Source of the DNA: the human T2T-CHM13v2.0 reference genome, Homo sapiens
DNA length: 64,000 bases
Strand: one strand, 5' to 3'
NCBI RefSeq assembly: GCF_009914755.1
Contig: NC_060942.1
The position numbers and the translations under genes are program-made. Of the stretch, positions 27,601 through 41,987 are shown one piece after another; position 1 is the first letter of the stretch; each line of letters begins with the position of its first letter. The notes beneath the pieces were generated by a model. It searched no databases and was not told where the DNA came from. It saw only the letters and a program-made list of their open reading frames with translations.

Positions 27601-29264
27601 ATAACTGGAGAAGCAGTGCCAGCAGCAAACGCAGGCATTCTCTCTCGAGCATAGCGCCATCCCGGAACCTGTGACTGCTTGTCCATGGGTCAAGTTGTCT
27701 CATATTTGATTTATTAAAATGAGTTGTTCTTCTATTCTGGACATGTGGATAATTAGGTTTGTGTGCTACATTTTTTTTGACTTTGTAATTTCTGTATTCT
27801 TCAGACATTGTAGTATTTGTTTCTTACATTGTACCTACATATATTACACATGCAATATGTGTTTATTAACCTGAGTTTGATTTTTTGCACATGCACATAA
27901 AATGGCTACTTGAAGATTTTTATTTTAGCTTATCCAGTGAAATTTGTTCACTGTCCTTCTTTTGACTAAAATAAGCGAAGCTCCTTTTACACACAGATGT
28001 ATTTTAATTCAGCAGCTGCATTCTTACACTTTTTTAAAAACACACTTTGGCTAAATCAAAAATCAAATGCAAAATATAGCACAGAGAAATATCACACATA
28101 TTTGTGGCCCTCTCTGGAGGACTGAGGAATAGATTACATTCACTCATATGTGGCCTGTTTCCAATCCTGATAAGTCATTATTCAATACATTTCAATAATA
28201 CAACTTTAAAACATATTTTTCATTGTATTTAACTGGTTTTAAGGCCATTGAACAGTAAAAAAAAAAAAAAAAGCTAAACATGAATAAAGACTAAAGCATT
28301 TTACCATGACTCTTGATAAATCATAAAGAAAACAATTTTTCTCTCTGTCTCCCTCCTGCCCTTCTGCGCTGAGACATGTCACAGCTGGAAACATGGCTTG
28401 TTTGTGACATGTCTTTTACCTCCCTGAGAGATGGGACCACATGTCAACAAAACACTGAAGCCTCATCTGAAGTCCCCCAGCCGCCTTGGTCAGGTATTCA
28501 GAATTCTGAGCCTCTGTAAAAGTTCATTATTGAAACTGTAGGGAGTTTACTATGGAAAAGGCCGGAAAAAAAATAGCTGTAGATATATTTGTATTTGGGT
28601 AAAAGTATTCACACTATGTGTTTGGTATCTTGTTATATCGGGGCTGAATCACAGTTATTGTAAGATGCTTTTTGCCCTTCCCTACATAATTTTTATGAGC
28701 AAAATTTTCCTTTACTTAAAAGGAAGTTTGTTTTGGTTTCTGAGAGTAGTCTTTAAATACAGAATGTATAATATCCGGTGAGGGTGATAGGCCTTCCTAA
28801 TCCAAGGATATGGAAGTTTAACAGTGTGACTTTGAGGCTAATTTTACAAGCATACAAGGCCTACATGATCACCCCAATGTCTTCCTTGGGCACTGAATTT
28901 CTAATGGGCTTTCCTGGGCAGAACTATTGGTGGAGATGAGAGGATGCTGGGTTTGCCGCTCACAGGAGGCAGAGCCCAGGGAGCTCGGGGCATGGCATTC
29001 CTAGGACGGGACCTGTGCTCTTTCTTTTGTTCCTCCCTGTGTCCTTTGGCTGTCATAATCCCTAGCCAAGAGTCCAGCTGTGAGCCTTCTGAGTGGATCA
29101 CCGAAACGTGTAGGTGGTCTTGGGGATCCCCAAAGGCACCATGCAGGTTTTGCCTCTGAATCTCCCTGCTGTCCCCAACCTGATGCCCTCTTACTCTCCT
29201 GAATTATTTTCTTGACATTCTTCACCCCTTACAGGACCTTAGCTGACTGACAGTGGATGGCCCT

Positions 29265-29385
29265 CCCCAGTGAGATTGTAGTGCTGTGAAGGCTTTGTTC
29301 ATTGTGCTGCCTCTAGTGGCCGGCGCAGTGCCTGGCCTGTAGCAGGGCTCCATAGGTAATTATTGAAGGATGATTGTGTGAATGA
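29265..29385 (+). mobile_element. L2 3' end remnant
   Basis: tttgttcattg...gcgcagtgcctggcctgtagcagggctccataggtaattattgaaggatga. Confidence 0.55.
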
Positions 29386-30519
29386 GAGAGCTGGTATTTA
29401 AAATCAGCACTGAAGGAGGGCAGTGTAGAGTATTACAGAAGAAGAAAGGAGGGATCAGGATAATGAAGACAGTGGCTTAACTTTGGGAAGAGTTTTGTGC
29501 AAGTGTGAATAGAATCGATTTTCCAGTGTAAGGGAAGCAGTTGGAAGACAGGACTGGAAAGATTGTATTTCAGGATTTGCAACACTGAATAGATGGGAGG
29601 TTTGCGTGTGCACAAAACCTGGGGAGGGCAGGCAGCAGGTGTCCCAGGAGCTTGGAGCAGGCCCCACAGGCAACTGCCCAGGGATCCATGATGTCTAGTA
29701 GCCATTTGGGTTGGTGAGCAGCCCTACAGACTGCAGAGAGCTGTCCTCAGTGAGGCTGAGCATGGTGGGGTCTGCATTCCAGGGATTCACATTCATCAGT
29801 CAGGTCATCTCCACCTGGAGGGAGTCAGACCACCTATTGTGGATGGCTCTCAGGGCCTGCAAACTGGTTCAGGGACAACGAGTTCACTGTCACTAATGTT
29901 ACAATTCTGTTTTGGTGCAAAGTGAAAGACTGCAGTGCTGGGGACTACTGCTTGATCAACTTCTGTTAGCTGACATTGTGAAGTAGTTTACCTATGCTCT
30001 TTTATTTCATTCTTAACCAGTCGTTCAACCTTGCCATTCTGGGAAAGTTGAAAGCTATAAATTCCAATGGCTTTAGGTTGCAGGGCTTGACCTGAAACAC
30101 AAGTGCATCTGATCTCAGAGCCCTTGTTCTTTTCACTGCCTCAGATTGGGACCTACAATGACAGTTCAGTCTTAGGAACAGAAGTCTATGATGGAAGATG
30201 TCACGAAAATGGGGCATCACCTATGCCGTGAAAGTTGTGGGAAAGGAAACTAGGGATGGTAAATCAGGTGGTTGGAATTGCAGTCTGGCTCAGGAAAAGA
30301 GGGAGAGTGATACTCTACAACGTCTGGCTGAGGGGCACATGGTAGCAGACAGCACCAGTCGTAGGCAGAAGGCTAAGAATGCTTATGCATGTGTGTTCTT
30401 TCTCAACCCCTGATTTCTTCAGAGATTGGGCAGGGACATCATCAGTCTTCAGTTCTGTGATCGATGCCTTGTCTACAGAGGAGCTGCAGAATGGAAAGAA
30501 AGTTTAGGTACTAGTGTTA

Positions 30520-30599
30520 TTAGGTTGGTGCAAAAGTAATTGCTGTGTTTGTCATTAAAAATAATGCCAAAAACCGCAGTTACTTTTGCACCAACCTAG
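30520..30599. mobile_element. MADE1 MITE (Hsmar1/mariner-derived), complete 80 bp
   Basis: TTAGGTTGGTGCAAAAGTAATTGC...GCAGTTACTTTTGCACCAACCTAG terminal inverted repeats, flanked by TA at 30518-30519 and 30600-30601. Confidence 0.96.
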
Positions 30600-30664
30600 T
30601 ATTTTGCAAAGTCTTAATTGAGAAGTTTTAGACTTAGTTTTCAAGGCATTGAGAAGCTATGCAG

Positions 30665-32479
30665 TATTATTTTTATTATATTTTAAATTCTGGGATACAT
30701 GTGCAGAACATTGCAGTTTTGTTACATAGGTATACACATGCCATGGTGGTTTGCTGCACCCATTAACCTGTCACCTACATTAGGTATTTCTCCTAATGCT
30801 ATCCCTCCCCTAGTCCCCCACCCCACAACAGGCCCCCGTGTGTGATGATCCCCTCCCTGTGTCCATGCGTTCTCATTGTTCAACTCCCACTTATGAGTGA
30901 GAACATGTGCTGTTTGGTTTTCTGTTCTTGTGTGAGTTTGCTGAGAATGATGGTTTCCAGCTTCATCCATGTACCTGCACAGGACATGAACTCATCATTT
31001 TTTATGGCTGCATAGTATTCCATGGTGTATATGTGCCACATTTTCTTTATCCAGTCTATAATTGATGGACATTTGGGTTGGTTCCAAGTCTTTGCTATTG
31101 TGAATAGTGCCGCAATAAACATATGTGTGCATGTGTCTTTATAGTAGAATGATTTATAATCCTTTGGGTATATACCCAGTAATGGGATTGCTGGGTCAAA
31201 TGGTATTTCTAGTACTAGATCCTTGAGGAAATGCCACACTGTCTTCCACAATGGTTGAGCAGATTTACACTCCCACCAACAGTGTAAAAGCATTCCTATT
31301 TCTTCACATCCTCTCCAGCATCTGTTGTTTCCTGACTTTTTAATGATTGCCCATGATAACTGGTGTGAGATGGTACCTCATTGTGGTTTTGATTTGCATT
31401 TCTCTAATGACCAGTGAGGATGAGCTTTTTTTTCATATGTTTGTTGGCTGCATAAATGTCTTCTTTTGAGAAGTGTCTGTTCATATCCTTTGGCCACTTT
31501 TTGATGGGGTTGTTTTTTTCTTGTAAATTTAAGTTCTTTGTAGATTCTGGATATTAGCCCTCTGTCAGATGGATAGATTGCAAAATTTTTCTCCCATTCT
31601 GTAGGTTGCGTGTTCACAATGATGGTAATTTCTTTTGCTGTGCAGAAGCTCTTTAGTTTAATTAGATCCCATTTGTCAATTTTGGCTTTTGTTGCCATTG
31701 CTTTTGGTGTTTTAGACATAAGTTTTTGCCCATGCCTATGTCCTGAATGGTACTGCCTATGTTTTCTTCTAGGATTTTTATGGTTTTAGGTCTTACTCTT
31801 AAGTCTTTAATTCATCTTGAGTTAATTTTTGTATAATGTGTAAGGAAGGGGTCCAGTTTTAGTTTTCTGCATATGGCTAGCCAGTTTTCCAAACACCATT
31901 TATTAAATAGGGAACCTTTTCCCCATTGCTTGTTTTTGTCAGGTTTGTCAAAGATCAGATGGTTGTAGATGTGTGGTGTTATTTCTGAGGCCTCTGTTCT
32001 GTTCCATTGGTCTATATCTCTGTTTTGGTACCAGTACCATGCTATTTTGGTTAGTGTAGCCTTGTAGTATAATTTGAAGTCAGGTAGCATGATGCCTTCA
32101 GCTTTGTTATTTTTGCTTAGGATTGTCTTGGCTATGTGGGCAGTTTTTCATTTTCACATGAAGTTTAAAGTAGTTTTTTTTCCACTTCTGTGAAGAAACT
32201 CAATGGTTGCTTTATGGGGATAGCATTGAATCTATAAATTACTTTGGGCAATAAGACCATTTTCACAATATTGATTCTTCCTATCCATAAGCATAGAATA
32301 TTTTTCCATTTGTTTGTGTCCTCTCTTATTTCCTTGAGCATTGGTTTGTAGTTCTCCTTGAAGAGGTCCTTCACATCCCTTGTTAGTTGTATTCCTAGGT
32401 ATTTTATTCTCTTTGTAGCGATTGTGAATGGGAGTTTGCTCATGATTTGGCTCTCCATTTGTCTGTTGTTGGTGTATAG

Positions 32480-32483
<4 letters not shown>
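30665..32483 (-). mobile_element. L1PA6/7-like element, non-inverted 3' part (ORF2 3' half, 3' UTR, poly-A)
   Basis: Minus-strand ORFs give L1 ORF2 peptides ([36 protein letters not shown]...). T-rich tail at ~30665-30685. Confidence 0.95.
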
Positions 32484-34935
<2,452 letters not shown>

Positions 34936-36118
34936 TAGATTGTTAAACAATAAAACTTAGTTTTAATATGAACAGAATGTGGGTGTCAGCATTAGGTGGT
35001 CAAAAATGTATGCCAATAGGAAACTGAAAACCCGGGTTGTGGCTCTGTGTGTCTGCAGTGCCTAGTTGTGTGGTCTTGGTTTTGTCAGGTTTTGCCTTTC
35101 TATATTTTAAATGAGAGGCTTATGATGTATTGATTCTTATGTGATCATGCCTTCTTAGCATTAGCTAACAATCTAATTTTCTGTCTGTTTGTTATATTAT
35201 TGCATTTCCACATACTGATATATAGGAAATTTAAAACAGTCAGAAAATGTTTAGGGTATGTGGCGTATTGTCACAGGAACCCAGTATGGAATGAGATGGG
35301 AACTGTGACTTGCACTAAGCTAGCACAAAGCATCTGTCTATAAGAGCTCACCTAACCACATACACTAAACTGTTTGGCTACAGAATTTTTACTTTTTAAT
35401 CTACGGTTGTATTTTATACACTTACAGAGTCAGCTTTTTCTTGTCATTCAATAAATACCAAAAGGAATTTCCATGAGTTTTTATTATTAGGTTACTTTAC
35501 TTTTGTAGAACTTTCAAAAACTTTCTTCAGTTGGCTATTTTTGGTTTTAAATTAGAGGAATAAAGTTGCCCTCAATGAAGGTATTTCTTCAAGTCTGTAT
35601 GCAGGTAAGTCTAGACATGTGGTTGTACTTCTGGTTATATGGCAATGTGGTGAATTTTAGAAAACTGATAGGAGAGAGAGAGAGAGGAGAGAACACCATG
35701 TCGTTAGCCTGTTTCCTGCACACTTTCTCTTTTTGCATTTTATTTCATTTATCTCAGTCATAACTTGTCAAAGTTACATGTAATACTCTTCTCAAGGTTG
35801 ATCTCTTAGGCAGTTGGCTCAAGAGCCGTGTGTGTGGTAGTGTTTGAGCTCCATTTTCTCCAGAAACAGAGCAAGTTTTACAAATTAAGGGACTGTCTTT
35901 ATTCTCTCCTTTGGGAAATACCCATGTCATATCTACATTTGTGGTGTTCGTAGGTTCAGGTAGGGAGAGGGATTCAGGAGACTTGTTTGTCAGTAATTTT
36001 AATATTTTCCTCCGAAGCCAAACAGAGAATTCCTGCATCCACTGGAATGTCTGATTTACCCTTATTAGTACTTAGTGTCCCAACTCCCCAAGCAGAGCGG
36101 GAATTTGGGAACACTGAT

Positions 36119-36207
36119 AGCATGAGGGTTAATGTATCAGTAAGCAGTGATGTCATCTTCACTGGCAGCATGAGGGTTAACGTACAGTAAGCAGCGATGT
36201 CATCTTC
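36119..36207. repeat. Tandem duplication, 48-bp period, 2 copies
   Basis: agcatgagggttaa(t/c)gta(t)cagtaagcag(t/c)gatgtcatcttc at 36119-36160 and 36167-36207. Confidence 0.92.
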
Positions 36208-36289
36208 TAGAGCAATTCCCCGTCTCTGTGCTGTGGAACAGGGCAGACAAGATCATTTTCAAACTCCCTGTATTCTGAATGAATGTTTT

Positions 36290-37330
36290 TAGACTTTGTA
36301 TTGAATCAGTTTTCAAATTATAGAAAAGTTGTGAACATCATACAAGGAATTTCTGTATTTTCTTTGTCCAGAGACCCCATTCAGGTTTCCCCTGTCCCAG
36401 TAATCCCTTCACAGCAAAAGGATCCAAGACCAGTTGTCACGTCTTCCTTAGTCTACTTCAACCTGGAGCAGTTCTTTAGTTTCTCCTTAACTTTCTGACC
36501 TGGACATTTCGAATACTAGAGGCTAGTTGTTTGGAAAATGTCCCTCGGTTTGGATTGATCTGATGTTTTCTTATTGTTAGACCCGGAGTATGTATTTTGG
36601 TATTGAAAAGCATATGTATTTTGTGGAAAAATACTTGGAGGTGATGAAAATTTCCATTTCTTTTTGTACTTTCACCCACTTGGTTTAGTGTCCATTGATG
36701 TTTCTAGCCTGAATTAGTGCTATAATGGTTGCCAAATATAGACTTTATGTTTTGATTTTTCTGTTGACATTTCTTTTCACTTTATTTATTTTTCTTAATT
36801 TGTTGGTATCAGTTTGCGCTCATCATTTTTTCTTTTATTCATTGAGTTATACTCCATTGTTTTCATTTTTTTTTTCTGATGCTCTATCATCCCAGATTTG
36901 GCATATGGGAGCCTCATCAAGCCACCTCATGTGTCCTTTTGATGTGTCTCCATTATTCTTGAAGCACTTCTTTCTTTGCTGAAATCATAGGCCTATTTTG
37001 TTCTTTCTTTGTCTCAGCCCTGGAATTGTCTCTTTCTCCAGCTGTCTGTTTCCTTTTAGTAGATAATGGCATTTAGAAACCAACATCAGATGCTAAGAAA
37101 TCCTTATGCCTGCTTGGATGTCACTGTTTCTGGGACCTCTTAGTAGACAAAGCTGCGAGGTTTGCACACATTTACATCTGTGTGTATTTCTAAGTCTGTC
37201 TTAATGTGTTGACAACCATTAGGTCACACTAATACCACCAATTCCAATTCTGATCCGACCTCACAGGGTTAATTTTAGCTTTTAACCTTCCCATGTTTGT
37301 TCATACCTCCCTTCTATGAGGAGATGAACT
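36290..37330 (-). mobile_element. Old L1 (L1MC/L1ME-like) 3' region
   Basis: Motifs typical of the antisense L1MC4-type 3' UTR (agttgtcacgtcttccttagtc...ctggagcagttc...aaatgtccctcggtttggattgatctgatgttttcttatt). Confidence 0.6.
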
Positions 37331-38149
37331 CTACCTTACATTATAGTTAATATTTGTTTGTTGTTTGTTTTTTAACCCTATACATAGCTGATTTCTGGTG
37401 CTGCCGGTCTGCCTCGCTACTCAGGTGCTCCCTTCTCCTGGGCCTCCGCTGCTTCCGCACTGCCTTTCTGCTCCATTCTGTACCCTCCTTTCTACTGCTA
37501 TGCTTCCTTCGCGGCCTGTTCAGGTTGGCTTTGTTGATTTTGGGGTAACTGGGACGACCAGAGTGAGATTCTTAATACATTAATCTGTTGACTTCTGGTT
37601 GGCTTTGGTGAGGGGCACAGAAAGTTGTAGGCATTCCTAATTTTCATGTATCACATTTCCCCCGGAGATACCTGGATATTCCTTATTCCTTACTGGCTGC
37701 TTCAGTGGGGCCTCAACAAGAGCAAAGGCTGCCTTTCACTGCCGGGCTTTTTCTCATGTTCTCAGCCAAGTTAGCAATGCTGTGGCCAGGAAAAGTTTCC
37801 ACATAGCTGTTACTCTCCTGGGAGGCAAGGGTCTTATTTTTACCCAGATTTATATCTGACGAGGCTGCTAGAATCAATTAGTTGAAAAAATACTCCCAAG
37901 TTACTGAATGAATAAAGTTTTTAGATGGAGTTATTTAGTCCATTAAAATAATGATGAATGTCTACCAGAAGCATTCATTTGTTTTTAGCACTGCTTATGG
38001 GAACCTGTTCTTTCCACCACTGTATAGCTAGAAGGTTCTGCTGATTCTACGCTGTTCCTGGTGTGTGCTAGAAAACCTTTTTCAGAAACCTAGAGTGGGA
38101 GCCATGTTTCAGTTTTCATGTGTCTCGTTGCACTCTTTTAAAACACCAA

Positions 38150-38310
38150 TGTGATACTTACTAGTGGGTTATCTGTGGTGAGTTATGTAAACTCTCTGAT
38201 TGTATTTTCCTAATGCATAAAAGGGGTTAATTTTCATTGTTGCCTTATTGGATTATGATGATGAAATGAAATAGTAAATGTAAATTCTCAGTATAGTACC
38301 TGCTGCCTTA
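38150..38310 (+). mobile_element. MIR remnant
   Basis: gagttatgtaaactctctga...tttcctaatgcataaaagggg...gatgatgaaatgaaatagt...cagtatagtacctg. Confidence 0.5.
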
Positions 38311-39259
38311 GGGCTAACCGTCCTCCTCCACCTCCCCCTCTGCCTCCTTGTCTATAACTGACAAATCAGACACAATAGAAAGGGCCCCACATGTTATGTT
38401 GGTTAAACAGGGGGCCAGTGGGCAGCAACTTAAAAATCACATTTTCAAAGTATACTTAATTACATGGGAAAATTCTTCATGTCCCGTATTTTAATAGCTT
38501 AATTCTAATCTTTACATTTACATAAAATAAAAAGAACTGTCATGTGACTCACACACAACATAAAATATTAAAAGGAAATAGAGATGGTCTTTTGACAATG
38601 GGCTGTTTATCCATCATTTTAATTTTTTGCTTTATGCTTTTCTGAGTAGCCTGTAGTCAGAATGCACTGTTTAGTAATGTAGAATCATTTGTAATAGGCA
38701 TTCAGTAAATGGTTAGTACTGTTATGAACCTACGAATTCCCTTTGTATGATCAAAAACCGCCAATTTTAATTTTTCTTAGCTGTTGTCATAGTTCAATGA
38801 ATCCATCGTAACCTTACCTATTTGTAAGATCTTGGAGAGCAACTCCTGGATCTCGATTTGACTTTCTTGAAAAGAAAGCTGGCAGAGACTTTCAAAGCAA
38901 TGTTCAGCATTTCTGTAGGTCTAATTTGGGTGAGTGAAGGGGAACAGAGATTTAGTGTTTTGAGTACAGGCTTTGCTAAATTTTGAGCCCAGATTGAAGG
39001 AAATCTGCCCCAGGAATTAAATAATTTTAAAGAATGAGGCTTGCTACCAAGAGTAGAGACAAAAACACTCTGGAATGATAATTATTGCTTTAGGTTTCTT
39101 TTTGTTTGCTTTTTTTATATTAGGTTTTATAGCATCTTTAAGATGTGAGGTTTCTGGATCACATTTGAAAAACTGCTAATTCTGGTCTTTCACCTAAGAG
39201 AGCCTGTTTTTTTTTTTATTTACAAAATTTTTTAATTTAAAAATTGCGGTGAATTACAT

Positions 39260-39645
39260 TGTTATGGACTCAGTTGTTTCTCCAAATATCCTGCACTGAA
39301 GCCCTAATTCCCGTTGTGACTGTATTTGGAGATAGGGCCTTTACAGTGGTAAATATAGTAGGTTCTATGAGTTTATAAGGGAGGGACCCTATTTTGATGG
39401 GATTGGTTTCCTTTTACAAAGAGGAAGAGACCATAGGGAATGAGAACAGAGAAAAGACCATGTGCATACACAGTGAGAATGTGACCATCCTCAACTGAAG
39501 AAGAGAGGCCTCAGGAGACACCAACCCTAATGACACCTTGGTTTTGGACTTCCAGCCTTCAGAACTGTGAGAAAATAAGTATTTGCTGTTTAAGCCACCC
39601 AGTCTGTGGTATTTTGTTACGGCAGCCCTAGCACACTAATGTACA
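39260..39645 (+). mobile_element. MLT1A-family MaLR solo LTR
   Basis: TG start, gtgactgtatttggagatagggccttta, gacaccttggttttggacttccagccttcagaactgtgagaaaataa, gtttaagccacccagtctgtggtattttgttacggcagccctagc, CA end. Confidence 0.9.
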
Positions 39646-39669
39646 CCCACATTTTAACCTTTTTTAAGA

Positions 39670-39970
39670 TTATTTTATTTTATTACTTTTTTGAGACAAG
39701 GTCTTGCTCTGTTGCCCAGGCTGCAGTGTTGTAGTGTGATCACGGCTCGCTGCAGCCTTGACCTCCCCGACTCAAGTGGCTCTCCCACCTCAGCCCCCTG
39801 AGTAGCTGTGACTACAGGACCACGCCACCATGCCTGGCTAATTTTTGTTTGTTTGTTTTTTGTCAATATGGGGTTTTGATACATTGTCCAGGCAGGTCTT
39901 GCACTTCTGGCCTCAAGCAGTCTGCCTGACTAAGCCTGCCAGAGTGCTGGGATTGCCACTGCACCTAGCC
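39670..39970 (-). mobile_element. AluJ
   Basis: Diverged dimer with cacggctcgctgcagccttgacctcc. Flanked by agatt(t)a(a)tttt. Confidence 0.9.
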
Positions 39971-39974
39971 AGAT

Positions 39975-40676
39975 TTAATTTTTTTAATTGACGAATAATG
40001 TTTGTACATAGGGCACATAGTGATGTTTTGATGTAATGTATGGCGTATGTATGGTGTAATGTATGTAGTGTATGGTGTAATGTATATTATGTATGGTGAT
40101 CAGATCAGTGTAATTGGCATGTCCATCATCTGAAACATTTATCATTTCTTTGTGTTGGGGACATTCAGTGTCTTCCTTGTAGCTATTTGAAACTGTATAA
40201 TATATTATTGTTAAATGTAGTCGTCCTACAGCGGTATCTAACCCTAGAACTTATTCCTCCTATGGAGCTGTAATTTTTTGTCATTTAACCAATGTCTCCC
40301 TATCCCTCCCTTCCCCCTACCCTTCCCAGCCTGTCATATCCTCTGTTCTACTTTTTGCTTCTATGAGATCAAATTTTTTTAGCTTCCACATAGGAGTGAG
40401 AACATGCAGAGTTTATAACTTTCTGTTCCTGGCTTATTTCACTTAACATAATGTCCTCCAGTTCCATCTATATTGCCAAAAATGATAGGATTTCATTCTT
40501 TTTAATGGCTGAATAGTATTTCATTGTGTATGTATATATACCATGTTTTCCTTATCCGTTCTTCTGCTGTTGGACACCTAGGTTGACTGCATATCTTGGC
40601 TGTTGTGAACAGCATGGCAGTAAACATAGGAGTACAGGCATTTCTATGATACACTGGTTCCCTTTTGTTTGGATAA
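39975..40676 (-). mobile_element. L1MA-like 3' fragment
   Basis: gatcagatcagtgtaattggcatgtccatc...catttatcatttctttgtgttggggacattc...gagtgagaacatgc...ctggcttatttcacttaacataatgtcctccagttccatc. Confidence 0.85.
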
Positions 40677-40679
40677 AAG

Positions 40680-41100
40680 CATTTTTCAGTGTACAGTTAA
40701 ACATTAAGTACACTGACATTATTGCACAGCTATCACCACTATCCATCTCTTGAACTGTTTTCTTCTTGCAAAATGGAAACTGTGTATCCTTTAAACAGTA
40801 ACTCTCTGTTTTTTTCCTTCAGCCCACCCTTTGCATCTACCATTCTGCTTTCTGTGTCTATGATTTTGACAATTGTAGGAACCTTATGTAAGTGCAGTCT
40901 TATAGTATTTGTCCTTTTATTCCTGACTGATTTCACATAGCATAATATCCTCAAGGTTAAGCTTTGTTGTAGAGAGTGGTAGTCTTTCCTTCCTTTTTAA
41001 GGCTGAATAATATTACACCGTGTGTAAATACCACATTTTCTTTATTCATCCATCTGTGGTTACTTGGTTTGCTTCCACCTTTTGGCCAATGCGAATGATG
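40680..41100 (-). mobile_element. L1MB-like 3' fragment (host of the nested cluster; its tail probably at ~39205-39259)
   Basis: catttttcagtgtacagtt...cattaagtacac...atcaccactatccatctcttgaac...ttttaaggctgaataatatt. Confidence 0.8.
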
Positions 41101-41117
41101 CTGCCTCCCCATCCGTC

Positions 41118-41290
41118 GATGCCACGTGTCCCCCTCACCCCTGCCCTGCTGTGCATCACCCTGAGTGTGGGGACCTCTCCATATACCTGATGCCACATGC
41201 CACTCCCACCCCTGCTGTGTGTCACCGTGTGTGGAGGGGCCTCCCTGTGCTCCTGATGCCCTTTACCTCCCACCCTCCGTGTGCTGTGGC
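41118..41290. repeat. Degenerate C-rich tandem repeat, ~66-71 bp unit, ~2.5 copies
   Basis: GATGCC anchors at 41118, 41189 and 41255, each followed by c-rich/cacccc...ctgctgtg...tcacc...gtgtgg sequence. Confidence 0.65.
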
Positions 41291-41839
41291 CCTGGGCACA
41301 GTTACTTTGCCACCTGCCCTGATCCTGTCAATTCTCTCGTGGCTGCCTCTGACAAGCCCGCTGTCAGTCTGGACTAACACCTTACACTAAGATTTGTAAC
41401 ATGAAGCCTTGGCGCTGTGAAAATACTTCACTTCTCTTGGCTTTGATCCATCAAGATGAGCAGTTGGAGAGTCTTCATGTGGGGAGATGATTCACTCAAC
41501 TCTGAGTGTGTTTGTGCTGGGTTCTTACACCTTGAGGCATGATTTTCCTGTCTCACAGACGAAGATGTTGAGGCTCCAAGAGGTTACGTGCCTTTCAGGA
41601 ACCCATATTAAGTGGTAACAATGAGATTTTTGAACTCATGTTTTTCTGATTATAGTACTCATGTGCTTTACTTCTCCAAAGTGGGTAAGATCGTCAGATT
41701 TATCTTGTAAAATGATCAACCTTGTGATGTGTTGATTTTGACATTCTCTCTAGTTATACGTGAGGGGAAGCAACCTGAGAGTAACTAGATCAGGAAATTG
41801 CTGCCTGAGTGTATGAAATATGATTTTTATTTAAGTTGG

Positions 41840-41987
41840 TTTTTTTTTTCTTTTTGTTTTTTTTGAGATAGGGTCTCACTCTGTCACCCAGGCTGGAGTG
41901 CAGTAGTATGATTATAGCTCCCTATAGCCTTAAACTCTTGAGCTCACCTGAGTTTGTAAGCTCACAGGCATGAGCCACCACACCCAC
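41840..41987 (-). mobile_element. Alu right-monomer (FRAM-like) fragment
   Basis: Poly-T followed by gagatagggtctcactctgtcacccaggctggagtgcagt...acaggcatgagccaccacaccc. Confidence 0.85.

Noticed and set aside
36119-41290. CRISPR-like or other prokaryotic repeat-spacer arrays
   Set aside because: The repeats have only 2-3 copies without unique spacers, and the sequence is clearly primate.
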